A DNA stretch of 64,000 nucleotides from Blastocatellia bacterium (GCA_963765495.1 CAVXWP010000008.1:416001-480000); one strand, 5' to 3'; counted from the stretch's first letter, positions 1 through 10,408 are shown. Notes: generated by a model from the letters alone, not told the origin. A program made the numbers and translations.

Positions 1-113
1 CCCACAATTATGAGCCGCTACTGTGAGGCCAAGCTCGTACTGACGGTTGATGTCCTGCTCGGCCTGTCTTAGTGGGACAAGCAGACTGGACCCGACATAA
101 AGGACGGTTATTT

Positions 114-1865
114 TCAACCGAGCGCCCCCTCTAATTGATCTTCCAAATTTGCAAAGGCATCGCGGAGTCTGTCGAGCACATTTTGATCGGCAGCCCAGAG
201 ACCGCGACCCGATGCCTCAAGCAAACGACCTACGAGCGTTCGCGTCGAATGCGGGTTCAGCGTCCGCAATCGTTCGAGCATCGCTTCATCCATCACGTAG
301 GTTTCGGCCACCCTGTCGTATATCCACCCTTCCACTGCATCTGTTGTCGCCGACCATCCAAATGTGTTTGCCAACTGATGTTCGATTTCAGCCACCCCGC
401 TAAATCCGTGCTTTAACATCCCTTCATACCACTTCGGGTTTAGAGCCTTGGTCCGCGTCTCAAGCTTGACCGTCTCTTCAAGCGACCTTATTTTCACCCC
501 CGGCGAAAGCGTGTCTGAAAGGTAGATTCGGGGACGTGCGCCCGCGTGCCGTTCGACCGCTTTTGAGACTCCACCCAGATATTCAAAATAGTGGTCCACA
601 TCTGTGATCCCCACTTCGGTCGTGTCGATGTTTTGATAGGTAACCTCTACCCTTGAGAGCGCCTTCTCAAGCAGTTGGCGGGCCTGGTTTCCTTCAAAGG
701 TACGGCCTCTGGAATCGCGCCCATACGCAAAGCATTTGCGAGTTACAAACAGATCGCCCAGTTCCGCGCTGTCTTCCCACTGGCTGTCAAGCACCATGAA
801 GTTTACGTTGGTGCCATAGTTGCCCGCAGCGTTTGAAAATACCCGAACAACCGCTTCGTCAAATGTGCAATCATTCTCGGCGCGATACTGCTCAACGTGC
901 AGCTTTACAAAATTCTGATCCGACGGCTCGTCAAGAACGGCCACCCGTCTTACAGCGCGATCAAGCAAAGCCATGGTGGTCCCGAAGAGATCACGGAATA
1001 TTCCCGATACGGTCATCACTATGTCGATGCGGGGCCGTCCCAGTCGCTCAAGAGGGATTATCTCTACATCGGTTGCACGGTTCAGGTTGTCTCGTCGAGG
1101 CTCGACGCCAAGAAGCCAGAGCGCCTGCGCCACCGCTTCGCCCTCGGTCTTGATATTGTCTATTCCCCAGAGCACCATCGCTATAGTTTCAGGAAGCCGC
1201 CCCATCTCGTTTTGCAGGCGTTCCAGAAACGCCCGAGCGATTGGCTCTGCCCTGTGAATCGCGCCTGTCGATGGAACCAGGTAGGGGTTGACAGCATGCG
1301 TGTTGCGGCCCGTAGGCAATATCGAAGGGTTCTGAATTATATCGGCTCCTGGTCCCGGCTCGATGTATTCAGATCTAAGCGCGCGCATAAGCTGGTCTAC
1401 TTCTGAATTCCGTTCGAGATTGGCGCGGATGTCACACAGAACTCTGAAGACTTTCGAGGATTCTTCGGTCAAAACTCCTGCTCTATCCTCAAGATACTCG
1501 ACCGCCTTCTTAGAAGCTCCGTCTCCGGGCTGGGATAGAAAAATCTCAATCGAGTCTTCGAGTAAGGAATCTACTCGTTCTCGCTCCGCCATCCGTGTTT
1601 CCGAGGTGCTGCTCTCTTTTAACAGAGTTGCGTATGGTGGCAGGCTCAGTCCTTCGGCAATCAGGTCTGCCAGGGAACGGAGGCCGAGTTCGGGGCGGTC
1701 AAATGAACTGACCACCTTGAATAAACCGGCGACCTCACGATTGTCGGGAGGAAGGCCAAAGACGTGTAGCCCGGTTGGTATCAACCTCTGCTCGATCTCG
1801 AGCACACGCTCGTAAAGGTCGAGCACGCGGCTGTCTCTTTCATCGCTGCTCAGGTTATCCGCCAT
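114..1865 (-). CDS. bchH: Magnesium chelatase H subunit-like (BchH/CobN family), C-terminal half only, 583 aa
   Basis: Motifs EIEQRLIPTGLHVFG, LPTGRNTHA, RPRIDIVMTVSGIFRD, FSNAAGNYG, TYQNIDTTEVGITDVDHYFEYLGG and ETRTKALNPKWYEGMLKHG match BchH C-terminal domains. Directly downstream of bchD/bchI. Confidence 0.75.
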   Translation of the reverse strand: MADNLSSDERDSRVLDLYERVLEIEQRLIPTGLHVFGLPPDNREVAGLFKVVSSFDRPELGLRSLADLIAEGLSLPPYATLLKESSTSETRMAERERVDSLLEDSIEIFLSQPGDGASKKAVEYLEDRAGVLTEESSKVFRVLCDIRANLERNSEVDQLMRALRSEYIEPGPGADIIQNPSILPTGRNTHAVNPYLVPSTGAIHRAEPIARAFLERLQNEMGRLPETIAMVLWGIDNIKTEGEAVAQALWLLGVEPRRDNLNRATDVEIIPLERLGRPRIDIVMTVSGIFRDLFGTTMALLDRAVRRVAVLDEPSDQNFVKLHVEQYRAENDCTFDEAVVRVFSNAAGNYGTNVNFMVLDSQWEDSAELGDLFVTRKCFAYGRDSRGRTFEGNQARQLLEKALSRVEVTYQNIDTTEVGITDVDHYFEYLGGVSKAVERHAGARPRIYLSDTLSPGVKIRSLEETVKLETRTKALNPKWYEGMLKHGFSGVAEIEHQLANTFGWSATTDAVEGWIYDRVAETYVMDEAMLERLRTLNPHSTRTLVGRLLEASGRGLWAADQNVLDRLRDAFANLEDQLEGALG

Positions 1866-1873
1866 TTCTAATT

Positions 1874-3778
1874 TCAGCCCCCTGATTCTCCTCTCACTTG
1901 TTTCACTCGGAGGGCTTTGGCCTCACTTGAGACAGCCTCATATATCGAGGCCGCGTCGGGTCGAGTGAGATAGATGTAGCGTGCTCCGATCAAATTGGCA
2001 AGCGCGCGAGCTTCGCCAACTGATGTGTATTTCGAGCGCGTGTCTACTACTACGCGATCAATCCCTTCCCTGGCCAAAAGAGCGCCGGTCTGTTTCAGTT
2101 CTTCGTTGATTGTTTCTTTCCGCTCGGCCATCGCCTCTACCGCGCTTTCTCGAAATAGAGTATTAGCCCGGCCATCGGTAAACAATACCAGCATAGCCTG
2201 TGCCTTATCCTGTGCTCGCGCAACCCTCGCTATATCAATTGCTCGCGCGAGCGCCGCCGCAATCGGTGTAGCGCCCCCGGATGGTATAGCATCGACCAGC
2301 CGTTTGGCCAGTTCCACGCTCCGGGTGGGAGGAAGCAGGACATCTGCCCTCTTGCCCCTGAAGCTTATCAGAGCGACGCGGTCGCGATGCAGATAGGCCG
2401 ACTGCAATAATCTCGTCAACGCCCCTTTAGCCTGCGCCATTCGGTTTGCAGCCATGCTGCCGCTTGCGTCTACCGCGAAGATAAAGAGCAAACCCGATTT
2501 TCGTTTGAACTGTTTGTATCGCAAATCATCGGTTGTCACCTTCAGGCGGGGGTTGTCTGTATTTTGGCCCGAAGCCGAGCGCCCGGCCCGCGCGGCCCGC
2601 TCCAATTGAAACGGAGCCGAGGCTCTTATAGTAGCGTCAACGGCTATACAACTAGCGCGATCAGATTTTTCAGTGCTCCTAACGTAGCGGCCTCTGTTCG
2701 AACTCCGTGACAGAGAGCGTTTCCCGGCAGCGGCTCGGTTATTACGCTTTTGATCGAACGGCAGAAAGTCATCCGGCAAGCGGGAATCCAGAGCCTGAAT
2801 TATCAATTCTCCGGCGGGTGATGGGCAGTTATTGGTCGAGGTGTCATCAGTGGCTTGTCCATCATCAACCGTTTTTTCCGGATCATCAGCAGGCGTGTCT
2901 GAACCTTGCTCTTCGGGTGCAGGAATAAGAGTGGCGCGAGGCAATAGCGTCGTCTCGATTGCAAATATGAGATCTTTTTCGGTTAGATGTAGTCGCCTTT
3001 CGTAAGCGGCGTTTGCTCTGGCCGCACATAGAGCAAAGAGGTCGGCTTGATTCCCTTCTACCCCGAGCATCACAGCGGCCTCACTGAGTTGCCTGATCTC
3101 ATCAATGGTAATTTCAACTCTCGGCAGCCATTCTCTTGCCTCTTCTATAGTCCAATTCATTTCCGCTGTATCAAGCTCGTAATCTTCAATAAATGAGCCG
3201 GGATCGTCCCGAAACTGAGTAGCTCGATTCATTATTTCCAAACGCGCTTCAATTGATCCGGCAGACTCGGCATCAATCAAAAGCCCGACGCGCTCTCGCA
3301 GCAATCGCGCCGGCTCACCCTCATCGCGGTCATAGGTTCCAATAAATAAGAAATTGGCCGGAAATGTCTTGCTCAACCCTTCACGCTCGGTGCGGAGACG
3401 GCCCGATTCGAGCGCCGATGCAAGATGACACACAATGATCGCATCAATCAGATTTACGTGATTGGCGAAGAGGAGTCCGCCGTCTGCCTGTGTCAGGAGA
3501 CCGGACAGAAATTTACGCTCTCCCGCGACAAGAGTCCGGCTAAAGTCTATCCCCCCGATCAAACGGTCTTCTGTGGAATTAATCGGAAGCTCTAGGAAGG
3601 GGGCAACGAATCTACGGAGCCCTCGGATCAACGTGCTCTTGCCCGTCCCGGGGCCGGATTGAATAAGCGCCCCCTTTAAACGGGGCTCGATCAGTGGCAA
3701 CAGGATTGCCCGCTTTAACAGGTCGAGACCTACAATTGCCGCGAAAGGGTAATCCGACGGCACACGATGTCTTTCCAT
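1874..3778 (-). CDS. bchD: Magnesium chelatase D subunit-like (AAA + acidic/Pro linker + vWA)
   Basis: YPFAAIVG, Walker A GPGTGKST, degenerate Walker B (FANHVNL), acidic linker, vWA MIDAS DASGSM and TDGRAN. ATG at 3778 chosen over the TTG at 3820. Confidence 0.85.
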   Translation of the reverse strand: MERHRVPSDYPFAAIVGLDLLKRAILLPLIEPRLKGALIQSGPGTGKSTLIRGLRRFVAPFLELPINSTEDRLIGGIDFSRTLVAGERKFLSGLLTQADGGLLFANHVNLIDAIIVCHLASALESGRLRTEREGLSKTFPANFLFIGTYDRDEGEPARLLRERVGLLIDAESAGSIEARLEIMNRATQFRDDPGSFIEDYELDTAEMNWTIEEAREWLPRVEITIDEIRQLSEAAVMLGVEGNQADLFALCAARANAAYERRLHLTEKDLIFAIETTLLPRATLIPAPEEQGSDTPADDPEKTVDDGQATDDTSTNNCPSPAGELIIQALDSRLPDDFLPFDQKRNNRAAAGKRSLSRSSNRGRYVRSTEKSDRASCIAVDATIRASAPFQLERAARAGRSASGQNTDNPRLKVTTDDLRYKQFKRKSGLLFIFAVDASGSMAANRMAQAKGALTRLLQSAYLHRDRVALISFRGKRADVLLPPTRSVELAKRLVDAIPSGGATPIAAALARAIDIARVARAQDKAQAMLVLFTDGRANTLFRESAVEAMAERKETINEELKQTGALLAREGIDRVVVDTRSKYTSVGEARALANLIGARYIYLTRPDAASIYEAVSSEAKALRVKQVRGESGG

Positions 3779-3868
3779 TCTCGAACCTGAATCACCAGAT
3801 GGGTCAGAGTTTACCAACAACCTGTTACTCCTGTTCGCTGTTCAAAAAAAAGAGATGGATAAAGCCCC

Positions 3869-4993
3869 TCACCGAAAAGAGACGACGCGAGCACCTGAAA
3901 CCGAAGCCGGGAAAATCTCATCCAAAACCTGTTGAATCCTGACGCCTGAATCAATCCGCTCAAGTGGGTCTTTTCGCAACCTGTGCTGCAATGACATTAC
4001 AGCCACTCTCTTTACATCCGAAGCAACCGCATCCTCTCTGCCCTCGAAGGCAGCAAGCGCCCGCGCGGTTCGCGCTATAGTCAATTCTCCGCGATGCCCG
4101 TCAATCTCGAGTGCCAGACACAGCCGGGCGATTGATTTAAGCAATGCCTGCTCAAGCCTGACTTTGTAATGCGTTTTTTTGGCGCGGACCAGTCGCCTTC
4201 GCAGACGGTTTTGCTCTGCCCTTTGCTCTGCTATAAACGCTTCCGGGTTGCGCTCGAAAGACTCTCTTCGTCTCACGATTTCAACGCGCTCGTCAAGATC
4301 AGTGATCGTTTTGATCTCTGTAAACAATCCGAAGCGGTCAAGCAACTGAGGTCTCAATTCCCCCTCTTCGGGATTACCTGAGCCTACAAGCACAAACCTC
4401 GCAGGATGGGTGATCGATATGCCCTCGCGCTCGACAACATTCCGGCCACTCGCCGCCGAATCGAGCAGGATGTCTACGAGGTGGTCGTCAAGCAGGTTTA
4501 CTTCATCAATGTAAAGAAAGCCCCGGTTAGCGCGGGCCAGCAACCCCGGCTCGAAAGCCTTCACCCCTTCAACCAGGGCGCGTTCTATGTCGAGCGATCC
4601 GCAAACGCGATCCTCGGTAGCTCCAAGCGGCAGATCGACTACCGGCACCTCGCCTCGTTCAACAGGGAGCCTGGATTTCTTTTTTAATCTGTCGGCACAA
4701 GCCAGGCAGAGTTCGCCGATTCGTTCGGGATCGCACCCAAATACGCACCCTCTCACTTTGCTGATCCCGGGGAGGAGGTCTGCAAGACCGCGCACCGCCG
4801 TAGACTTGCCCGTCCCGCGATGACCCATAATGATCACACCACCGATGTGAGGATCGATTATGGTCAATAGAAGCGCAAGCTTCATCTCTTCCTGGCCCAC
4901 AAGAGCGGTGAAAGGGTATACCGGGCGGTCGCCCGTACTGCTACGCTTCGATGTGCTGGAAACCGGAGGTTGACTCCCCGAAACTTTTCGCAT
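3869..4993 (-). CDS. bchI: Magnesium chelatase ATPase subunit I
   Basis: YPFTALVGQEEMK, GHRGTGKST, LPLGATEDRVCG, LYIDEVNLLDDH, GSGNPEEGELRPQLLDRFG. Confidence 0.92.
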   Translation of the reverse strand: MRKVSGSQPPVSSTSKRSSTGDRPVYPFTALVGQEEMKLALLLTIIDPHIGGVIIMGHRGTGKSTAVRGLADLLPGISKVRGCVFGCDPERIGELCLACADRLKKKSRLPVERGEVPVVDLPLGATEDRVCGSLDIERALVEGVKAFEPGLLARANRGFLYIDEVNLLDDHLVDILLDSAASGRNVVEREGISITHPARFVLVGSGNPEEGELRPQLLDRFGLFTEIKTITDLDERVEIVRRRESFERNPEAFIAEQRAEQNRLRRRLVRAKKTHYKVRLEQALLKSIARLCLALEIDGHRGELTIARTARALAAFEGREDAVASDVKRVAVMSLQHRLRKDPLERIDSGVRIQQVLDEIFPASVSGARVVSFR

Positions 4994-5155
4994 CCCTAAT
5001 CCTTACAGTCACAATAAATAGACCCGGCACGGGCCTGGAAGCAATATAAGGATTGTGGTTTCACAGAGTCAACCTGAACCGGATGTGAAGACGTGGGATC
5101 ATCTGGGAATTCAGAAATAGTTACAATCAATTTCAAAATTGGAAGAGAGGAAATA

Positions 5156-5240
5156 GGCCGCGGATGACGCGGATGGGGCGGATTTTCGCGGATTTGATAA
5201 TATCGGTTCAGATCCGCCTAGATCCGCCGCACCAACGGCC
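5156..5240. repeat. Intergenic palindromic element with 9-10 bp-period GCGGAT units and inverted ATCCGC units
   Basis: GCGGATGACGCGGATGGGGCGGATTTTCGCGGAT followed by GATCCGCCTAGATCCGCC. A homologous copy lies at 12408-12487. Confidence 0.75.
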
Positions 5241-5269
5241 GGGACGGCCAATTCTTGGGTGCGGTTCAT

Positions 5270-5824
5270 TCAATTCGCTACGGTTAAAGGGTCTCCGGTC
5301 TGGTGGTCCTGAATCTGGAATTTCAGGAAATCGTGGATTGCGCTTAAGGCCTCCGAATTCGATGTCGAGATCCGCACGCGCCCGCCTCTTTCTGTCTCTT
5401 CGAATGTATATGCGATTTCTGATGCGAGCCGCTTCATCGTAGGAACACCGGGCGGAACCTGTGAATGGATAAGCATGGGCATTTCGAAATCGCCTTTGGC
5501 AAAGGCTCGCGCGATTATAGCCAGATGCTCTCTGATCTGATCGCGGGTCGTTGTGTCATTTGAATCGTTGGTTTCGACCTGTATATAGCCTCCGTCTCCG
5601 GTCATGCGGAAGTGATGCGTTGCGGCTTCCTGAGAAAACCCCATCACGTGATCTCCTCTCTTATTCACCTCCGACAGATGATTATGATCACCCCCTGTAG
5701 CCTCTTTCTCCTTCTCCATGTGCTGCTTATGCATCGGACAGGTAGCGGCTTTCTCCTGAGCGACACCCACAGTCCCACAGGCAACCAGCAGAACGATAAC
5801 CTGTATTGCCAATCGGTTTCTCAT
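5270..5824 (-). CDS. Exported His-rich putative metal-binding protein
   Basis: Signal peptide, CPMHKQHM, DHNH, MGFSQEAATHHF, QIQDHQTG. ATGA overlap with the upstream MerR regulator. Confidence 0.65.
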   Translation of the reverse strand: MRNRLAIQVIVLLVACGTVGVAQEKAATCPMHKQHMEKEKEATGGDHNHLSEVNKRGDHVMGFSQEAATHHFRMTGDGGYIQVETNDSNDTTTRDQIREHLAIIARAFAKGDFEMPMLIHSQVPPGVPTMKRLASEIAYTFEETERGGRVRISTSNSEALSAIHDFLKFQIQDHQTGDPLTVAN

Positions 5825-6321
5825 TTCCTTTTACCTCTTTTCTGATTTAATCCATGCGATGCAAGCGAAGGACGCGCGCTTTTTGTACCCGGTTCGTTTG
5901 ATGCAAGGGCTTCCAACAGCCCGGCTCTTGTATCAGGCGGCGTATCCGAAAGTCTCTGCTGCCAGTCCGCAAGAAGACCGTGCAACTCATTCCTGAAATC
6001 GGAAAGCTCTTTTAGCCTCTCTTCAATCTCTTGAAGTTTGGTCTGAGCCAGTGAAAAGACATTCCGGCAGGGTGCGTCTCCACGGTCCCGAACTTTGAGG
6101 ATTTGCGAAAGCTCCTCTAGCGTAAAGCCGATTGCAATCGCTCGCCTGACGAGCCGGACGCGTTCGAGAGTTTCGGGCGGATACTCCCTGTACCCGTTCC
6201 TTGATCGGTGGGGCGCGGGAAGAACTCCTTTACGTTCATAGTGGCGCAAGGTATCCGTGCTCACGCCAGCCAGCCGTGCCAGTTCACCTGATCTCAGTTT
6301 TCCGTTAAGCGATCTGTCCAT
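5821..6321 (-). CDS. MerR-family (ZntR/CueR-like) transcriptional regulator
   Basis: SGELARLAGVSTDTLRHYERKG, NGYREY, GFTLEEL. ATG at 6321 lies just downstream of the promoter. Confidence 0.9.
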   Translation of the reverse strand: MDRSLNGKLRSGELARLAGVSTDTLRHYERKGVLPAPHRSRNGYREYPPETLERVRLVRRAIAIGFTLEELSQILKVRDRGDAPCRNVFSLAQTKLQEIEERLKELSDFRNELHGLLADWQQRLSDTPPDTRAGLLEALASNEPGTKSARPSLASHGLNQKRGKRK

Positions 6322-6333
6322 ACTTGCAGACGG

Positions 6334-6365
6334 ATTATAAACCCCGGAACGAATTCCAGGGTCAA
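6334..6365 (-). promoter_or_regulatory. MerR-type promoter: TTGACC-N20-TATAAT with dyad ACCCTGGAA-TTCG-TTCCGGGGT
   Basis: The minus strand reads TTGACCCTGGAATTCGTTCCGGGGTTTATAAT. The long spacer and dyad resemble the E. coli zntA ZntR operator. Confidence 0.85.
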
Positions 6366-6444
6366 GCACTTTTTTTTGAGCAAAGCTCCGAGACTCTTAC
6401 GAACGGGTGGTATGAGTGGTCAGCCTGCTCGCGTTCCCACTCGA

Positions 6445-8214
6445 TCAGTGCTTGATGTCAAATTCGGGCATTGAAAGAACTCCGCGACTCGAACCGCCTT
6501 CAAGCATTCTGACCTTGCGAGCCGCCGGTTGAACGATTTCGATGGCGCGAATCAGGGCTTCATCCATCCCTTTTCGCTGACTGTTGTCGGGCTCTCCGCC
6601 AAAAAGAACATCGAATGTGCTCTTCTTGGATGGAAAAACCTGTATACGCACATCCTCGCCTTCATCTATCTGAGCCGCCGATTTTGCCAGCCTCAATGCG
6701 GTGGGGAACCCGCCGAGTTCGTCTACGAGGCCGAGTTTCTTCGCGTCTTCCCCGGACCAGATTCGACCCCTGGCTATCTCAAGGACTCTTTCCTTTGGCA
6801 GCTTTCGACCCTCGGCTACCTTGTCAGTGAAATCGGTGTAAACCCTGTCGAGCCCTGCCTCGAAGCGCGCCCACTCTTCCGGTGAATAATCCTGTGTTCC
6901 GCTCCACATCGTAGCGTTTGCTCCCGTATGAACCTCATCCCAGGAAATCCCGACCTTGTCCCATAAACCCGTTGTGATCAGCTTTCCGCCAAGCACTCCG
7001 ATAGATGCCGTGATAGTACCCGGTTGAGCGACGATCTTGTCGGCGGCCATCGCTACGAAATAGCCTCCCGACCCTGCGAGATCACCCATCGTTACGATCA
7101 CAGGTTTGCCCGCCTCCTTCGCCCTGATGGTCTCGCGCCAGATCGCATCCGATGCCACGTAAGAGCCTCCGGGGCTGTCTACGCGAAAGATTATCGCCTT
7201 TACATCTTTGTCATCGATGGCGGCGCGGAAAGCCGCCGCGACCGTATCCGACCCCATCGAGACATCTCCGAAAACCGGGTCATAACCGCTTTCGCCGCGC
7301 TGGACTGCGCCTACGCCGTAGATCAGGGCAATGGTCTTTCCGCTCGAATGCGGGCGACCGGCGCGTTCGAGATACTTATCAAGAAAGAGAAACTCCGCCG
7401 AATCACCTGCCTGCTGTTTTGCATCTTTGTAGACCTCGTCACGGTAAGCGAGGCCGTCAACCAGCCCCGCGTCCACGGCTTCCTTCCCGAGAAACGGCCC
7501 CTTGTCTACGAGAGCGCGAACCTGTTCCTCCGACATATTGCGCGCCCCGGCAATATCGCGCGTCATCTGAGAAAACCATGAGTTCATAATCGCTTCCATC
7601 TCTTCTTTGTGGGGCGGAAGATATTTCTTCTCCGTATACTGGTACATCGCGGCCTTATATTCCTTCCGATTATCCATGTGCGGGGTGACGCCAAGTTTAT
7701 CGAGAGCCCCGCGAAGGAAAAAGCTCTCCATTATTACTCCGGTCAACCCTATGTCGCCCGACGGTTGCAGGTAGACCTTATCAAAGGCGGTTGCAAGATA
7801 ATAAGAGCTTCCACCCGGCCCGGCCTCGCCAAAGGTTTCGGCGAATGCGATGGCAAATTTGTTCTTGGCTCGAAAGCTCGCAACAGCATCCCGGAGTTCC
7901 TGCACCTGCGCCATCCCCATTGTCGAAGAGCCCAAACGCGCTACGAGGCCCGCCACTCTTGCGTCGTTCCCTGCCCTTTCGAGAGCGTCAACAATGTCTC
8001 TGACTGTAGGCCGCCCGCCCATAACCGCCTTCGCAACCGAGTTGTCAGGGACATCTTCGGCCAGCTCGGTTTCAAGATTTACCTCAAGGACTGTCTTGCC
8101 GGGAACGCCCGGTTTTGAAAGCCACACAACAAAGAGGAAACCAAGAGCTATCACCGACACCAATACGGCAAGCGCCCCGATCACAGCCAGCAACCGCACA
8201 ATGAACCTTCGCAT
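6445..8214 (-). CDS. sppA: Signal peptide peptidase SppA (67K type, S49)
   Basis: N-terminal TM, tandem S49 domains, RVDSPGGS, AGSGGYFVA, GRIWSG. Confidence 0.93.
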   Translation of the reverse strand: MRRFIVRLLAVIGALAVLVSVIALGFLFVVWLSKPGVPGKTVLEVNLETELAEDVPDNSVAKAVMGGRPTVRDIVDALERAGNDARVAGLVARLGSSTMGMAQVQELRDAVASFRAKNKFAIAFAETFGEAGPGGSSYYLATAFDKVYLQPSGDIGLTGVIMESFFLRGALDKLGVTPHMDNRKEYKAAMYQYTEKKYLPPHKEEMEAIMNSWFSQMTRDIAGARNMSEEQVRALVDKGPFLGKEAVDAGLVDGLAYRDEVYKDAKQQAGDSAEFLFLDKYLERAGRPHSSGKTIALIYGVGAVQRGESGYDPVFGDVSMGSDTVAAAFRAAIDDKDVKAIIFRVDSPGGSYVASDAIWRETIRAKEAGKPVIVTMGDLAGSGGYFVAMAADKIVAQPGTITASIGVLGGKLITTGLWDKVGISWDEVHTGANATMWSGTQDYSPEEWARFEAGLDRVYTDFTDKVAEGRKLPKERVLEIARGRIWSGEDAKKLGLVDELGGFPTALRLAKSAAQIDEGEDVRIQVFPSKKSTFDVLFGGEPDNSQRKGMDEALIRAIEIVQPAARKVRMLEGGSSRGVLSMPEFDIKH

Positions 8215-8494
8215 GATAAATCCCTCCATAAAGAATGGTTTGAGTTACAAGAACTTCTTCGAATGATACCAATACCTCGCTCGCGATTGAAATGCTATTG
8301 CCCCGCAGCCCTCTAAATGGCCCTGCTATTTGGTCTCATGTCTTTCAAGGGCTTTCGACAACAGCGCTCGACGGGGTATATTATTTTTCTTTAAGACTTA
8401 TCAAAAGAGATGGATTTGCCTGATAAACGGGAAGGCAAGAAATACTTGTAAGTCCTGCGGCATCGTGTAAGTCCTCTCATAAGAGGAGGCGTGA

Positions 8495-10408
8495 ATGAGA
8501 GCATTTGTAATGCGGGCAGTGTCGCCGGGTATTCCGTACCTGAGCATAATATTGATAGTTTCGATGCCGTTTTTCTTAACTGCATGTGCGGTTGATAAGC
8601 AGGCTCCAACCGCTGAAAAGGTGAAGATGGAAGAAGACATTCATTCGTTTGCAAAGCCGTCTTATGCGGTGGTCACTCATCTTGATCTCGACGCAAATGT
8701 AGACTTTGACAAGAAACAGATCACAGGCAAGGCCGGTCTGGATTTTACAAATAAGACCGGAGCACAACAGATATTTCTCGACACCCGAGACCTGACTATA
8801 AATCGCGTAACGCTCGACGACGGCGCGCAGGAGGCTAAATATACCCTCGGCGATGAAGTGAAATACCTTGGACGGCCACTTGTGATAGACATCCTCCCCG
8901 AGACAAAGCGGGTCAATGTCGAGTACACGACAAGCCCCGATGCGGCGGCCCTGCAATGGCTTGACCCCGCTCAGACAGCGGGTGGAAAGAAGCCGTTTCT
9001 CTTTACGCAATCCGAAGCCATTCTTGCGCGCACATGGGTTCCCTGCCAGGACTCTCCCGGCGTGAGGATGACCTATAAGGCAAAGATCAAAACACGCCCC
9101 GATTTGATGGCCATCATGAGCGCGACAAACGCAACAAAGAAGAATGACACGGGCGTTTATGATTTCGAGATGCCGCAGCCGATTCCCTCTTACCTGCTTG
9201 CGCTCGCCGTGGGCGATATAGATTTTCGACCCCTCGGCGCTCGCTCGGGCGTATACGCCGAACCTTCCGTGGTCGATAAAGCGGCCAATGAATTCGTAGA
9301 CCTCGAAAAGATGATCTCCGCAGCCGAATCGCTTTACGGGCCATACAGATGGGAGCGATATGACGTGATAGTGCTGCCTCCGAGCTTTCCATTCGGCGGG
9401 ATGGAAAATCCCCGGCTCACGTTTGCGACGCCGACGGTTATAGCCGGTGACCGCTCGCTCGTCTCCCTGATCGCTCACGAACTGGCGCACTCGTGGTCGG
9501 GCAATCTGGTGACAAACGGAACGTGGAATGATTTCTGGCTAAACGAAGGGTTTACGGTCTATTTCGAGCGCCGGATAATGGAAGCGATTGAGGGGAGAAA
9601 TTACTCGGAGATGCTTGCCGAACTTGGGCATCAGGACCTTGTCAGCACTATAGACGAGATAGGAAAGACCAGCCCCGACACGGCGCTCCATCTCGATCTT
9701 GCGGGGCGTGACCCCGATGACGGCATGTCGGACATTGCATATGAAAAAGGCTATTTCTTTCTTCGCCTGATCGAGGAAACCGTAGGCCGCGAAAAGTGGG
9801 ACGCCTTTCTAAAAGAGTACTTCAATACCCACGCTTTTCAGAGCATGACGACAAGCCGGTTTCTTGATTACCTGCGGGAACATCTACTGAAAAACGATAA
9901 GGCTACAGAGGACAAACTCCAGATAGACAACTGGGTTTACAAACCGGGTCTGCCCGATAACTGCCCGGTGGTCAATTCCACAGAGTTTGCAAGAGTCGAA
10001 ACACAGGCAAAGGCATTTCTTGCAAGTACTCCTCCGGCTGAGCTTGATACGAAGGGATGGACAAGCCATCACTGGCTACATTTCCTGCGCCAGCTTCCCG
10101 CAAAAATGAGCATAGAACAACTTTCAGCACTCGACGCCGCGTATCATTTCACAGACACGGGCAATTCTGAAATCCTGAACGAGTGGCTTCTGCACGCGAT
10201 CCCGAGCAATTACGAACCGGCCTATCCCGCCCTTGAAAGATTTCTTACAAGCATGGGACGCAGAAAATTTCTCAAGCCGCTTTATACAAAGCTTGCGGAG
10301 ACGCCCGAGGGATTGGAACGCGCTCGTCGGATTTATAAGAAGGCCAGACCCGGTTATCATTCGGTCTCTTTCAAGACGATTGATGAGATACTGAAATGGA
10401 ATCAATGA
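8495..10408 (+). CDS. M1 family aminopeptidase (leukotriene A4 hydrolase-like), probable lipoprotein
   Basis: GGMEN, HELAH-x18-E (WLNEG), AYEKG, lipobox LTAC. Confidence 0.93.
   Translation: MRAFVMRAVSPGIPYLSIILIVSMPFFLTACAVDKQAPTAEKVKMEEDIHSFAKPSYAVVTHLDLDANVDFDKKQITGKAGLDFTNKTGAQQIFLDTRDLTINRVTLDDGAQEAKYTLGDEVKYLGRPLVIDILPETKRVNVEYTTSPDAAALQWLDPAQTAGGKKPFLFTQSEAILARTWVPCQDSPGVRMTYKAKIKTRPDLMAIMSATNATKKNDTGVYDFEMPQPIPSYLLALAVGDIDFRPLGARSGVYAEPSVVDKAANEFVDLEKMISAAESLYGPYRWERYDVIVLPPSFPFGGMENPRLTFATPTVIAGDRSLVSLIAHELAHSWSGNLVTNGTWNDFWLNEGFTVYFERRIMEAIEGRNYSEMLAELGHQDLVSTIDEIGKTSPDTALHLDLAGRDPDDGMSDIAYEKGYFFLRLIEETVGREKWDAFLKEYFNTHAFQSMTTSRFLDYLREHLLKNDKATEDKLQIDNWVYKPGLPDNCPVVNSTEFARVETQAKAFLASTPPAELDTKGWTSHHWLHFLRQLPAKMSIEQLSALDAAYHFTDTGNSEILNEWLLHAIPSNYEPAYPALERFLTSMGRRKFLKPLYTKLAETPEGLERARRIYKKARPGYHSVSFKTIDEILKWNQ

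Noticed and set aside
1-113. Cobalamin riboswitch flanking the chelatase operon (4994-5150 also checked)
   Set aside because: No B12-box or GGGAA core motifs found.
8576-9490. 304-aa minus-strand ORF and many similar antisense ORFs across the window
   Set aside because: They are shadows of well-supported genes on the opposite strand and have no recognisable motifs.
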